Made by a program: the position numbers and the translations under genes | Notes under the pieces: generated by a model | Seen by the model: the letters and a program-made list of their open reading frames with translations, nothing else | Databases searched by the model: none | What the model was told of the DNA's origin: nothing | Part shown: piece by piece, positions 35,571-59,758 of the stretch | Layout of the letters: each line of letters starts with the position of its first letter | How positions within the stretch are numbered: position 1 is the stretch's first letter | NCBI RefSeq assembly: GCF_009914755.1 | Contig: NC_060943.1 | Direction: 5' to 3' (one strand) | Length of the DNA stretch: 64,000 bases | DNA from: the human T2T-CHM13v2.0 reference genome, Homo sapiens

Positions 35571-36012
35571 TGATCTGCCCGCCTCAGCCTCCCAAAGTGA
35601 TAGGATTACAGGTGGGAGCCACCGCGCCTGGCCTTTTTTTTTTTTTTAAACAGGATCTTGCTGTTGGCCAGGCTAGAGTGCAGTGATGTGATGCTGGCTC
35701 AGTGCAGCCTCGGCTTCCTGTGCTGAAGCAATCCTCCCACCTCAGCCTCTCGAGTAGCTAGGACTACAAGAGGCACGAGCCACCACATCTGGCTGATTTT
35801 TAAATTTTTTATAGAGACAAGGTGTCACTATGTTACCTAGGCTCGTCTCAAACTGGGCTCAAGTGAGCGTCCTGTCTCAGCCTCTGAAAGTGCTGGGATT
35901 ACAGGCGTGAGCAACCATGCCTGCCATATCACTATCATTTTAAAAATAAACTGGAGCCAGGCGCGGTGGCTCACGCCTGTAATCCCAGCACTTTGGGAGC
36001 CCAAGCAGATCA

Positions 36013-36460
<448 letters not shown>

Positions 36461-36495
36461 TCACCGAGAGTGAGAAGGGACCTGAGCAGGACCAG

Positions 36496-37560
36496 CTGAG
36501 GGGCAGAGCCAAGGGCCCTTCATGGAGACCACTCTGCTTACCAACCTGTGGAAGGGCAAGCGCAAGTCCACCCAGAAACACATCTGGCTGACTATGGGAT
36601 CCCTGTCTGAGGCTCAGCAGACCCACATGGCCAATAAAAGACCCTAAATTCTGCAAAAAGAAGAGTTTGTCTCTGTGCCCAGGCCCCTCCATGGAAAAAA
36701 GGTCCTGGGGTCTAAGATTTCTCACTTGGCAATGATGTTGGCTTGAATATTATTCACAGACCCAGATCCTTGGGTCTTGCGTGGGGCAAACTGACTGCAG
36801 AACTGCAGGAAGTGAGAGTCTGAACAGAGCAGCAGAAAGGCAGGCAGGAGACTTGAGGGAGGGGAGAAAGGAGAGAGACAAACAGACCAACCCCTCCTCT
36901 CCCTCAATCACCCGCCTGGGGAAGCATTAGTTTCCCATCATAGAGAGGACAACGGGGAAAGGGAGAAGCGTGTGCATAGGATGAGATGTGTGTTGGGTGG
37001 ACAGAAAGACTCCTTTCCCTAAATGTGACCCCATTAGCTCACCCCATTCTATTGCACAAATTCCTGAGCAGAGGGGCACCCTGTGGGGATGAACACAGCT
37101 CTTCCTGCCTCCAGTTCCTGCGTCTCCCTGCCATGACCAGGGCTGTAACCCTCCAACTCCCTTCCCAGGGCCCCGTGGCCCCTCTGCACTGGAGAAAGGT
37201 CCATGTTCCACAGCGGGTTTCAAGGACCTTGCCCCTCAGCTCCCCAGCTGCCTTGTGACTCTGTGACTCTGTTATCTTGGAATAAACAGGGAGAGGCCAC
37301 CGGCCTGGCTGCAAGAATGTGGCAGCTTTATCTTCCCAAGGACAGTCCCAGTGGAAGCCTCTGGGCCGCAGGTCAGTGTGCTGTGTTTCACTCTGATTCT
37401 TGGAGAAATCTTTCCCTTACTCTGGGACCCTGATAATCACTCCCTCTTGAGTTGCACCCACAGACGCCCCCACAACAAACCCTCCCTAATGAAAGCCATC
37501 TGCGCCTGATTCTTAGGGCCCCCGTTGCCCTCTGGACTCAGACACGCTTACAAACTCCCA
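36496..37560. repeat. Near-identical duplicate tract 1b (partner 6920-7984)
   Basis: Same tract as 1a; ORF-track peptides are identical at offset 29576. Confidence 0.95.
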
Positions 37561-37950
37561 TGGGGTCTTGCACTCCCCAGATAGTCCATAAAGGTCAGGC
37601 ACTGCCTGAGGACACAGGGTTTATAGAAGCCCGGCTACGAAATTTCGCAAGTCCCAGTAACAATGAAATAATACACATAAATATCTTAGGGTCTCACTGA
37701 CCCACGACAATGTATTTATTTCCACTCATAGTGACTCCACCCCACACAAAAGTACCACCAAAGCCTACCAATAAAACAGAGATGTCTCTAATGATGCACG
37801 TGCCCCAATGAGATCCTAATATCTTCCAAGAAAACACTCCAAACTGTTATTTCTATCTTTCAAAATGCATCTGAAAGCTTCCTGATCGGCCGGGCGTGGT
37901 GGCTCCCACCTGTAATCCCAGCACTTTAGGAGGCTGAGGCAGGCAGATCA

Positions 37951-38202
<252 letters not shown>

Positions 38203-38495
38203 CTAGGGCTTTCCAAACTAATCCATGCAGTCCCATAACCACCCATAAACCCACGTCCATGTGCTACAGCCAGACCTGAGACATTCCTTTACAATTCTAC
38301 TCACTCCTTGATCCCACAAGCATGCGTGGGACAGGTGTACACATCATTCACCCGGCTCATCTAGAGGCCCACCTTGCTTCCATGCCCCTATGTGACACCT
38401 CCAAGAATGCTTCTTCACTTTCCCTCATTTTTCTACTTCTCTTCCATGCATGAAGAGCACACTAGGCTGAAAGGCAAAAGGGCCTCTGGACAAAA

Positions 38496-39199
38496 GCAGG
38501 AATGGACACAAACTGCTATCTGCAGGACAGTGGGCCTCAAGTCTAGATTCTAGAAGTTGGCCATGCTGGAAGGAATTGCCCCCAATTTGGGGACACCATG
38601 GAATCCAGTTTAAAGGCAGGTGAAGATTGGCTGGACTGAGCTGACGGAGGATGTCCAAGAAAAAGAGAGGCCCCAGATCTCATGAGGGAGGCTGCCATTG
38701 TCCCCTTGTCTCTCCACTCACAGTCCCCTGCAAAATTCCCCCGCTGTTTAGGGAGTGCCTCCTTCATGGCCCGTTTAGCTTCTGAACTTCTCGCCACCCT
38801 TCCTGAAGGGAATCCAGGACCCCTGACTGTGAGCGCATCACCTGCTGGAAGGCAAAGCCCCTGCCCAGGATGGCCACTGGGCCCCGCTGATGTGTAGAGC
38901 GTGGAAGACCCGGGAGCTGGAGTAAGGCGGTGGGGACGCCTCGGCACTGGCTGAGGACACAGGGTCTGCGGGGCTTTTCAGGCCTCAGTGAGGCCTTCTG
39001 CTCTTACATAGACTGGAATAAATAGCCACAGGAAGTTTAGACCAATTACAGATGAAATTTCCAGAATATGAGACCATCCTCACTACCCGCCCTGTCCTTT
39101 TGGTCTTCCCTGAGGAGTCTTCAGCCCAACCCCAGCCCCAGCATCTGAACCACAACCCCGGAGCAGGTGCTGCAGTCATCCCGTGGCCCAGATGGAGAC
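38496..39199. repeat. High-identity duplicate tract 2b (partner 8953-9656)
   Basis: Same tract as 2a. Confidence 0.92.
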
Positions 39200-40193
39200 T
39201 GTGTCCTCCAACGGAGGGAGACACAAAACACTCAAAATAATCCACGCAGAAGAGTGTCCGATGTGGTGATGGATGCGGAGACAGTGAAACCTGAATAATG
39301 TGATAGAGAGTGACGGGCAGAGAGAATTTCAGATGGGGGTGGGAGGGCACGGGAGACATCTCTGAGTCTAGACCCGAAGGAGGAAAAAGGGACAGGGTCA
39401 CGATCATTTAGGGACATAGGGTAAGAGCAGGGACAACGACCCGTGACAGGAAGGGTTTTGACATTTGGGAAAAGAGAAAAGCAAATGTGACTGGTGCAGA
39501 GGGAGTCATGAGATGAGGGCAAGCTCCCAGGAGGAGGCTGGACACTGGCAGGGGCCCTGGACACAGGGCTGTGGAGCCACAGTGAGGAGTTGGGCTTTTG
39601 TCCTGGGGAACACAGGAAGCTGGTGGAGGGTTCCCTGCCAGGGACTGACGTGACCTGCTTTAGATTTCTCTGTGATGTCCTCATACAGAGAAAGGCCCCG
39701 AAGATGGTCTCTGTGTCTGAGTCCCTGCTTCACATTCTTGTTTTCATTTTTAGAGGAAGAAATCCAAATAAAAATTTTAATTGCAACTGGCTAGTCCCCC
39801 CACATACAACTGCCAAACACAAATGCACACCCAATTTTGCCCCAAATTTCAGGAGTCAGTGTTGCTCACATTGAGGTTTTCTGGTCTAGTCCCTTATCTC
39901 TGTTACAGGTGGGCTCACTGAGGCTGAGAGAGGGAGTCATTTCACCAAGTTATCCTGAGAGGTCTGAGTTGAGTGAGAAGGAGGAGATGTGGCTGAATTA
40001 TGATGTCACGACCTGGAAGGGCCAATGGGCTATGTTTGCCTTTATCACATCTCCCTTAGAAAATTCCAGGACTGGCCAGGCATGTTGGCTCGTGCCTGTA
40101 ATCCCAGCACTTCGAGGCTGAAGGAGGGGAGATTACTTGAGGCCAGGAGTTTGAGACCAGCCTGGCCAACATGATGAAAGCTCATCTCTATCA

Positions 40194-40472
<279 letters not shown>

Positions 40473-41261
40473 TTACTATTTTAACAAATTACACAAAAGA
40501 AGAAAATTGAATAATAGACTAGTTAAACTAGGTTTCCATGTTAAGGTAAAAACATCATTGACATCTTTATCAGGTACACATTGAAACGATCTAAAATTAC
40601 CTACTAGTCAACAAATAATGCTTCTATTATATAATAAAGAGCAGAAAGCATGCAGACCTCTATCAAAACTGGACACAATTAATTTCAAAGGGAAAGATTT
40701 TGAAATTGTTAAGAAATATCTGATGAATTTTGGAGCTAAAAAAAATTGAAAACACATTATATTTAGAAAATGACATGAGCTGATTATAGGATGCCACCAA
40801 AGTTACTTTGGAAATAATTATATACAGAAAAATAGAAACTGAATTAATGAAGATCTATCTCAAGTTGCAAAATGAACTATACATGAGATGAAAGGGAATT
40901 AGTAAGAAAAAAAGCAAATCAATTACAAAAAGCAACAACACTTTTTTTGTTTGTTCTTTGTTTTTTTTTCAGACGCAGTCTTGCTCTGTCACCGGATCTC
41001 GGCTCTTGGCTCACTGCAACCTCCGCCTCCCGGGTTTACACAATGCTTTGCCTCAGCCTCCTGAGTAGCTGGGATTACAGACGCGTGTCACCATACCTGG
41101 CTAAGTTTTGTATTTTTAGTAGAGATGGGGTTTCACCATCTTTGCCAGGCTGGTCTTGAACTACTGACCTTGTGATTCACCCACCTCGGCCTCCCAAAGT
41201 GCTGGGATTACAGGCATGAGCCACCATGCCCAGCCTCAACACTTTTAATGTTCCTTTTGAG

Positions 41262-41481
41262 CAACGTTGTCCAATCCGCAGCCCAGGAAGGCTTTGAATG
41301 CAGCCCAACACAAATTCCTAAACTTCCTTAAAACATTTTGAGATTTTCTTGCAACTTTTTTTTTTTTTTTTTTTTTTTTTTAGCTCATCAGCTATTGTTA
41401 GTGTTAGTGTACTTTATGTGTGGCCCAAGACAATTCTTCTTCCAATGTGGCCCAGGGAAGCCAAAAGATTGGACACCCCTG
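41262..41481 (-). mobile_element. MER30 (hAT-Charlie) DNA transposon
   Basis: Minus strand begins caggggtgtccaatcttttggcttccctgggccacattggaagaag, the MER30 consensus start. Confidence 0.85.
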
Positions 41482-42619
41482 CTTTAGAGAGACACTATGT
41501 AGTGACAGTCTTTCACTTTCTGCCCAGCTTTACTCTCCCACTCCCCCTTCCCCTCCCCCTGCCCCAACGCCAGGGAAGGGGAAGAGGATGACCTGTGGAA
41601 TTAATGAGTCAAGTCACTTCCCTCTGCCTTAACAGGGATTGCAAGTGGAAGCTAACTTCTGATGCCATAATTATAAAATGCACCAGCCTTAATAGACAGG
41701 AGCTTTGCAATTCTCATCATCTGTGCATTTTAAACTTATAAAGACAGAAATCAACAGGTCAAAAGGTAGTCATCACATCCAGTCAGTTCACAACTCACCT
41801 GGACCTGGGGTCCCCCTCTTTCCTCATTATGGTGTGTTTCCCTCCCTCGTTCCGTACATCGCTCTCATTCTCACCTTCTTTCTCTAGCTCTTTCCTTCCC
41901 CTTTATTTTCTCCCTAGGATTCTGCTCATTTTGAGCCCCTCTCCTCTCCTGCTGCTCCTCCCCTTCTTCCCTCTATTCTTTCTCTTCCACTTGCTCTTTC
42001 CATTCTTGCAATGTATTTAATTCCTCTTTCTTCCTAATCTTTTCATTGTCCCAGTCTCCACATATTTCTGGCTCTTTCTTCCCCATTTCAGCACTCCCTG
42101 TTAAATTCCCTCTTCCCTGTTACACACCGTTGTCCCCACTCTTTGGCACCCCCAGATCCCAGGCCTCCCCGTGCTGTGGTTCTCCCTCTGCTTCTCCTTG
42201 TCATCGGCTGCCCCCTCTTGCTGTCCCGGTACCACACTGCCCTGTCTGCCCTGGCTCCAAATCCCTTCTGCTCTCCCCCACTCTCTGTCTGAGGAGCCTC
42301 CTCCTTTGCTGCCCCTCTCCCTACCTGGCTGTCCTTCATCTCTCTGGATACTGTGCTTTTTCTCGAAATGTGTCTAGTTACTTTTCTCTCCCTGCTACTT
42401 TCTCGGCTTCTTCTTCCACTCTTACTGTCTCTGAAAATCTCTAACCATCCTCTACTTTGCCATCTGTTTATTGGTTTGCCTCATTCCTTCCTGTCTCAGG
42501 TTTTCTACTGCTCTCTCTGTCCCTCGATCCCTTTGGCCCACACATTCACAGGACGGTTTGGGGTAAGACGCCTGCATCCTGGAGGAGCGCATTTTCCAGG
42601 GGGTGGAGGAGGGCAGGCA

Positions 42620-43270
42620 AGAACATCGGGTGTCACAGGACAGGCCCTGAGCACCTCCCCAGCGCGGGCTCAGGGGAGGCCTGGGGAGCAGCGGGGCCCG
42701 GCACGAGGAGGAGGGAGGTGGGGGGCGACAGCGCCTTCAGACAGGGGTGGGGTCTGCAGGATCCCAGGACCAGGCAGAGGACGCAAGGCTCCCCGGGACT
42801 GCGGCTGCAGCTGCGGCGCTGCGCTCCAGGGGCCGACGAGGGCGAGGCTGGGAGGCACCCAGGACGGGAATACACCTCTTGGGTGAAGACTTTAAAAAGC
42901 CCGGGGATGGGGGAGGGGGTCAGGAAAAGGTTTTAAGCGGGAGGAAGAAGCAAAAGGCCGGGGACGGGGAGCAGCCTCAAAGCGACTTCAACCCAAAGGG
43001 AAGCGACTCCGGACCCACACTGCGAGGCCTGTATTCACCTGGGGTGGAGTGTACGGGGATTTTAAGGGCCGTATCGACCCTGGACATCGGCTGTGGAAAT
43101 GGGAAACAGGGAGCGCAGGTTTAATCTACACAGAGGGTCACTCACGCTCGACGCCGTCACCTTCACCCAACGCGATCCGTTTCCGGGCCTGTAGGAAACT
43201 GCGCATGCGCGGAGAGAAGAGCCCGGGCAGCCTGAAGGAATGGCTGGAGTGGGCGGGGTCTGCGCCGCTT
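42620..43270 (-). promoter_or_regulatory. ZNF415: CpG-island promoter of ZNF415
   Basis: High CpG density. NRF1-type TGCGCATGCGC at 43200-43210, ETS-type TTCCGG at about 43181, GC box GGGCGGGG at 43251-43258. Confidence 0.8.
43146..43200 (-). other. ZNF415: ZNF415 non-coding exon 1 (TSS approximate)
   Basis: Donor GAGC|gtgagt at 43145 within a CpG-rich region; alternative donor CCAG|gtgaat at 43038. Confidence 0.7.
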
Positions 43271-43499
43271 TAAGGTAAAAAAATCAGAGTTGTGTGGGCC
43301 ACTTATGGTGGAAACCAAAATGTTTTCCACTTACCAAGTTGAAAACGGTTTATGTTAAAACTATTTTGCCTGCAGGTTGGACCCGATCCTGCTAGGGAGT
43401 CTCCTGCAGCTTAGCAGTCCGGGAACTGGGATTTCGGTGGGGAATCCAAAACTAGCAGTGATTGGATCCATAAAAGTTACCAAAAAACAAAAATGAAGT

Positions 43500-44580
43500 G
43501 TCTGGAATCACTCCACTGGATTTCAAGACTACCAATATAGGAAAGGTAATAAAAACTGTGTGGTTTTGGGGCAATAAAAGACATATGGATTGATGCAATA
43601 CAGTAAGAGAGTACAAAAATAGCCTCTACAGGTACTTCCAACTGATTTTTGACAAAGTTACCAAGGGAATTGAATGAAGAATTTTTAAAAACTGGTGAGG
43701 GGCTAACTTAATATCCACAGCAGGAAAGAAGTCATCTCTACTCAAACTTCACAACCGTACAGACATTAGTTCAACATTGACCATAGCCTAAATGTAAAAT
43801 ATCAAACCATAAAATGGTATCCTGTAGGAGACTGAAAGAAAAAATTACTCACAATAAAATCGTAAGAATCAAGAGCTTGTTCAAAAATTCTTAGCCATAG
43901 CAGCAAAAGCATGATTCATTAAAGAAAAAAAAAATCAACTGGTATTTACCAAATTAAAAACTTTTGGTCTGTGAAAGACCTTCAGACGATGAAAGAAAAG
44001 GTATTTGATATGGTTTGGCTCAGTGTCCCCATCAAATCTCATTTTCAAGTATAAACCTCAGGTGTTGAGGGAGGGACCTGGTGGGAGGTGACTGGATCAT
44101 GGGGGTGGTTTTCCCCAAGCCGTTCTCATGATAGTGAGCTCTCAGGAGATCTCATGGTTTAAAAATCTGTGATAGTTCCTCCTTTGATCGCTCTCTCTCC
44201 TGCTGCAAGCAAGACGTGCCTTGCTTCGCCTTTGCCTTCCTCTATGATTGTAAGTTTCCTGAGGGCTCCCTAGCCATGCGGAACTGTGAGTCAATTAAAC
44301 CTCTTTTGTTTATAAATTACCCAGTCTCAGGTTGTCACAGGAGGGTTTAGGCAGTGTGAAAATGGACTAATACAGTACTGAATAATAGAAAATATTTGCC
44401 TACCATATATCTGACATAAAACTGGTATGTGGAATGTATAAAGAATCCTAGAACGACTTAAAAAAAAAGCAAAATAATCAAATTAGAAAATGGATAGAAC
44501 TATGAAGAGACATTTCACTGAAGCAGATATACTGAGATAAATGGGCACATAAAAAGATTTCCAACATCACCATCCATCAA
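43500..44580 (+). mobile_element. Old L1M ORF2 3' fragment split by an MST LTR
   Basis: caactgatttttgacaaag, aaattaaaaacttttg and agacatttcactgaagcagatata motifs. Confidence 0.7.
44006..44374 (+). mobile_element. MaLR MST-type (MSTA/B) solo LTR
   Basis: Termini tgatatggtttggct ... tggactaataca; near-perfect 5-bp TSD gtatt/gtact. Confidence 0.88.
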
Positions 44581-44699
44581 ATCTCAGACCTCAGCATATT
44601 CTGCTTTCTCCATGTGAACCCCTGGATGCTGTCAGAGATCATGAGAAACACAGGAGCTTCTACTGAACAGTCCAGTTGATGTGTATTAGCAACCTGTAA

Positions 44700-44903
<204 letters not shown>

Positions 44904-45394
44904 TGAGTAGCTTCAACCACACGCACGCGCCACCACACCCAGCTATTTTTTGTATTTTTAGTAGAGATGGGTTTTCACCATGTTGGCCAGGCTGGTCTCC
45001 AATTCCTGACCTCAGGAGATCCACCCCCCTTGGCCTCCCAAAGTGCTGGGATTACAGGGGTGAGCTACAGCGTCTGGCCACCACTAGAACTAACACCTCA
45101 GGTACTGGATGCCTCCTTCGAAAGATTGGATAATCGTTCTTACAGGATTATGTGGTAATGAGTGTCTCTGTCATTCATTTAGGTAAGATGCATACGCAAT
45201 AGTGATCTATAAAATATAGACTTAATTGATCTATAAAAATATAGATTTAATACAAAGTTACCACAATCACAATGATATATGAAGATAAACCATTTAAAAA
45301 TTACAAGAGATACTAACAAAATAGGTATAGATGGTGAGTAAAGGACAAAAATAACTAGCATTGTTACTGTAGCATCATCATTAAAAGCTTTGTC

Positions 45395-46065
<671 letters not shown>

Positions 46066-47082
46066 GTGATTCTTACTCTAAATGTGATTGATATAAAATA
46101 TATATGCAAAGATAAATCACTTATTAAAGAATATATATCAGTTTTTTAAAATGGAAACAAATCTAAGGGGAGTATATTAAATGGCAGCTGTCATTGCAAA
46201 AGTTGCACAAATATCATGTTTTGCTGTAAGATCCTCTGGCTCAGAAAAGAAATACCAGCCACAGTAGGAAGTTGAATTGCCTCCAGGGATTCAATGAGAG
46301 AAATTATCTCCTTTGCATAAATGATAATTAATATCTTGGGGACTCTCTTATTAACTGTATTTTCATTTACTTCTCCAGATGCTGGTTAACCTCCACACGC
46401 TTGATTTTCAAGCATCTGATCTTTGATAACTTCCATATTAAGAGACTTCATTTCACCATCTAGTATCCCTGTACTTTAATTGAACTAAAGATTTACAAGG
46501 ACACTCCATTTTCCTATTTACAGAGAACCTAGTCTGTACCTGCCATTGTTTTACATACATTTTCATGTCACAAAATTTTATTTCTAAACAACACCCTCAT
46601 TTATGTATTTTCTAAGTGTTCACTGGAGTAACACAGAGAAGAAATGCAGTAAACATATAATTTGGATTAAAATGTATGGAAGGAAAAAATCCTTAAAGTA
46701 AAAATCATATACAAAAACAAAAAGTCATTTTACTACTATTGGCTCATGGCTGTAATCCTAGCACTTTGGGAAGCTGAGGCAGGAGGAATGCTTGAGGCCA
46801 AGAGTTCAAGACCAACCTGGCCAACATAGCGAGACCCCACGTCTAAAAAGAAAAAGAAAAAAAAAAAGAAAAGAAGCTATGGAGAATATGTTACACAATA
46901 CCATAAACTGAACAAGACATGAATATAACACAGCCTTTGGAAAAATGCCCTTTGGCTAAAATTGCTTGATCATATTATGTAATAAACTTTTCCACAAATT
47001 CATTTGCATTGAACTACTGTAAAAATATTTTAGGCAATTTAAACAGCATTTCACAAATATTTTCAAGAATGACGTTGTGTAA

Positions 47083-47394
<312 letters not shown>

Positions 47395-48097
47395 TAAGGT
47401 GATCCACCTGCCTCGGGCTCCCAAAGTGCTGGGATTACAGGCATGAGCCTGTAATTTCTGGCCATGCCTGGCCAGAAATCAGAAGTTGCAAGAGTAAATA
47501 TTCAGTGTTGTACTACAGTCAGTTTCCATTTTGTGATTTTTGTCTTATACCACCATTTATACCTCTGCACTCCCTCTTCTTATTCTGCCCATCTGGCCAA
47601 GCTGATAATGTCCGTGTTCCCTCCTTTGGCACTAGATGGAAGTTCAAATCACGTGTGGGATCCTCACCCCAACCCACCCTTTTATTAAAGGTTATTACCA
47701 TAACACCCCAAGCAAGTTATTTATCCCTGCTCTCTCAAGCCATTTTGGACCAGTTTGGGAAGTCAATCCTGCTTCTCACAGAAAGCCTCATTATGCAATA
47801 CACATTTCCCTAAAACTTCATTGTTCAGCATCCTCATTTTCCATATCTAAACCAAACTGTAAATGGAGTTCAATACACTTCCTGTGGAGAGGTGACAAAT
47901 TAACATTACCAAAAACATGATAAGGCTAAATTTATGAAACTTCTAGTTTACCTACAAAAACAAAATTTCCATTATATATGTTCATTTTTAAGAGGAAACT
48001 CATGAATATTAGTCTTGTCAAATTATGTGAGCATAGCATTCTTAGTGTTATTTTTGTTATTCTGCACTATTTATAATTTCATAATTTTTTTTTTTGA

Positions 48098-48343
<246 letters not shown>

Positions 48344-50155
48344 TAAGTGCTGGGATTACAGGTGTGAGCCACCACACCCAGCCAATATTTTTCATACAAT
48401 TGTTTTTTTTGAGACAGGGTCTCGCTCTGTCACCCAGGCTGGAGTGCAATGGCGCGATCTTGGCTCACTGCAACCTCTGCCTCCAGGCTCAAGTGATCCA
48501 CCTGCCTCAGTCTCCCTGAGGAGCTGGGACTACAGGCATGAGCCACCCTGCCTGGGTAATATTTCTATTTTTTTTGTAGAGACAGGGTTTTGCCATGTTG
48601 TCCTGGCTGGTTCAAACTCCTGGACTCAAGTGACCCCCCTGCCTTGGGCTCTCAAAGTGCTAGGATTACAGGCATGAACCACCACACCCAGCCCATACAC
48701 TTTCTATATTTGTATTTTCACTTCATGTAAATAAAGATGCATGCCATAGTTATTTAGCACACAAGCATGTAAAAATATAATATGGTATATATTCACCAAC
48801 ACTGTGGCAGCTTTCAGAGTGTAAGAGTATGAAAACTGCACTTTCTATGGGATTTTCATTATATCCATATAAATATTCTAAGGCAGAGTGTAGAGAGAAT
48901 AATTCAAGTGCAGAGTATGATTACATTTTCCCAAAATTGTATGTTGATTCCACAAAGAAAAAAAAAATTGTTCTACATCCTCCAACCTAAAAGACTGAGT
49001 GTATTGTTATTATCTGCTATGAAGTATCCTACTGAGGTAGGATAAAATGATGTTGGTACAAAGAATGTGATTTGTTTATAGTTATAAGAAAACGTTGAAT
49101 TTTTTTTGGCAAAACATTATGTCTGTGACACATTCTTAATAAAACTGTAGCAAAATGTAATTCCAGCAATTAGTGTGAATTCTACTAAAAACAAAACAAA
49201 ACAAAAAAAACCATGGTATTCTGGTTTTTCTGACCAAGCTCTCCACTCTAATAACTGTTACCTCTTCAATTTCAAAAATAAGCCTATTTTTCATCAATCT
49301 CTGCTATAAAACAGCTATTGCCATTCAGTAGAGAAAGTGGCAACCATTTCCCCTGCACTATTCCCATCACATAATCAGTCACTAATAACTTATTACTCTC
49401 CTCTCATAAAAATTCCAGTGTCCTGAGGTCTTGGCCTGCTCAATGCAGGTAGAGCCTTACTTCCCTAAAACCCATGGTGTCTTTCTCTCAGAAAAGCACC
49501 CTGAACACAATCAGTATGATGATTGATATCATAGTTTTACATTATTTTCTGCCCCAAAACCATGGTCTCTCAATTGAGAGAATATTTAATTTTACAAGGC
49601 AGAGTCCTCCTTCTTCAATAAACATGGATAAAAATGATCCTCATGTAATGAAGTAAGCCTTTCCATACTGTGGTTCTTTCCCAGATAGGCACCACGAAAG
49701 GTGCTTAAGGATGCAAAATAGCCACAGATCCATAGTTCAGGTTGAAAGTCACAAACAGTAGCCTTTTTGAGAAACCTCAAACAATGGAATAAAAGATTTT
49801 ATAACCTGAAGGTAAGTAGCCATTTCCAAATGTCCTTTGACCTTTGAAATATATAATGTCTTAAGTTTTACCATATTGGAACGTGTAATTATTGTGCAGT
49901 TTATCATTTTAAAAGTGAATCAAAGAACTAGAGACTGAGTCACTCTTTGTATGAATCCTCACCTACAGTTACAGTCTTAGAGTAAGAGCTTCAGGATGCT
50001 CTTACACATTACATTTGTGTGGTTCCATCAAATACGTAGATTTTAATGCCTGCAAAGCTGTGAGGCCTGAATAAAGCCTCTGTCACACACAGTACATTTA
50101 TGTGATTTCTCATTATTATGGACTCTTGGATGTCTATTAATACTTGAACTCATGA

Positions 50156-50337
<182 letters not shown>

Positions 50338-50584
50338 TAGCTAATTGTGTACTTTTAGTAGAAATGGGGTTTCGCCATGTTGGTCAGGCTGGTCTTGAAC
50401 TCCTGACCTCAGGTGATCCACCTGCCTCGGACTCCCAAAGTGTTGGGATTACAGGCATGAGCCACTGCACCCAGCCAGTCATTGCATTTTCAAGGAATCT
50501 CTCAGGCATAAATTCTCTGACGTTGTCAAAGGAATGAATTCTAACTGCAAAAGTTACCACCTTCATTTGTAAGGTTTCTCTCCA

Positions 50585-52864
<2,280 letters not shown>

Positions 52865-53074
52865 TTAATTGTAGTACGTAAACAAGTATTTTACACCGAA
52901 AAACAATATTACACCGAAAAACAATATTAAACCAAAAGCAATTCTTATATTAAACAGATTTATGAAACTTCAGAACAATAATATTCAATTTTTAGGAACA
53001 CAAAGGAAAGAGGATTGTTTAATAAAGTTGATTCCATGTAATTCAAATTAATAGTATGGAAGCCTAGTTCCCAA

Positions 53075-58570
<5,496 letters not shown>

Positions 58571-58961
58571 TAACTATATAGAATTTGGATCTGTAAGACT
58601 GAGAACTGGGCATCAGATAGAATCAACTACAGAAGGAAACACCAAAGGAGATGAAATAACCCTTTTGTAACAGCCCTCCCTGTGCCACACGGAGTCAAGG
58701 AACCAGAGTTCTCAGAAGCTAGAAAACAGTGTTGTCCATCATGATAAAGACTTTGCCTTTGTCTGAGCTGCAGCACCACTGGAAGGTGAAAGGATAAACT
58801 AGTACAAGTCTAAAGGATAGACAAAAGGGGGCAAATAAAGATTTCTGTTCTGAGGTCACAGAATTCAAACTTCTGTTTTCCCACAGAACTCTCAGATTTG
58901 CATAGAGTTTCCCAAACACTATTTAATAAACGGCATTTTCTCTACCCATCTGAACTCTTAC

Positions 58962-59090
58962 CTGTGATCACAGCTTTGATCCATTCCCATCCATCTGGGT
59001 TTCCTGCTATTTGTACTTGGCTCTCCAAAGTGAAAGGCTCCTTCCCTTGCTCCAACATAGAGATAATACTGAGGTCAAAACAAGAGATTC
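58962..59090 (-). CDS. ZNF347: ZNF347 KRAB-B exon (129 nt)
   Basis: [43 protein letters not shown]. Acceptor tcataagcag|GA, donor ACAG|gtaaga. Confidence 0.92.
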
Positions 59091-59411
59091 CTGCTTATGA
59101 AAAGAAAGGAAAACAATGGGCTGTAGATTTTCCAGAGTCCCAGTCCTATGTTTACATGAGGAGGGAGGACTTTACAGCTGTATCTAAAAAAACACTTCAA
59201 AAATTCATCCACTAAATGCTTCTTTATAAATTGTTAGGAAACACTATAATATGCAAATATATAGCTCTCATCCCAAAACCACTGAATCAAAGCATGGGGA
59301 TAGAAAACAGGGAATTGGATATTTTAAAAGTCCTGAAACCCTCCAGTGACATCAGGAAGAGGAAAATTAAAATCCAGTTTCCACATTATGGAGATTTTCA
59401 TTTTTCAGTCA

Positions 59412-59648
<237 letters not shown>

Positions 59649-59758
59649 CTAAAATGAAAAACACATCCACCAGGGGGATATAAGGAAAAGCTCCAATCTT
59701 CACATAAAATGAGAAGACAGAATAGATTAAACTGGAGTAAGTGGGCCGATATCCAAGT

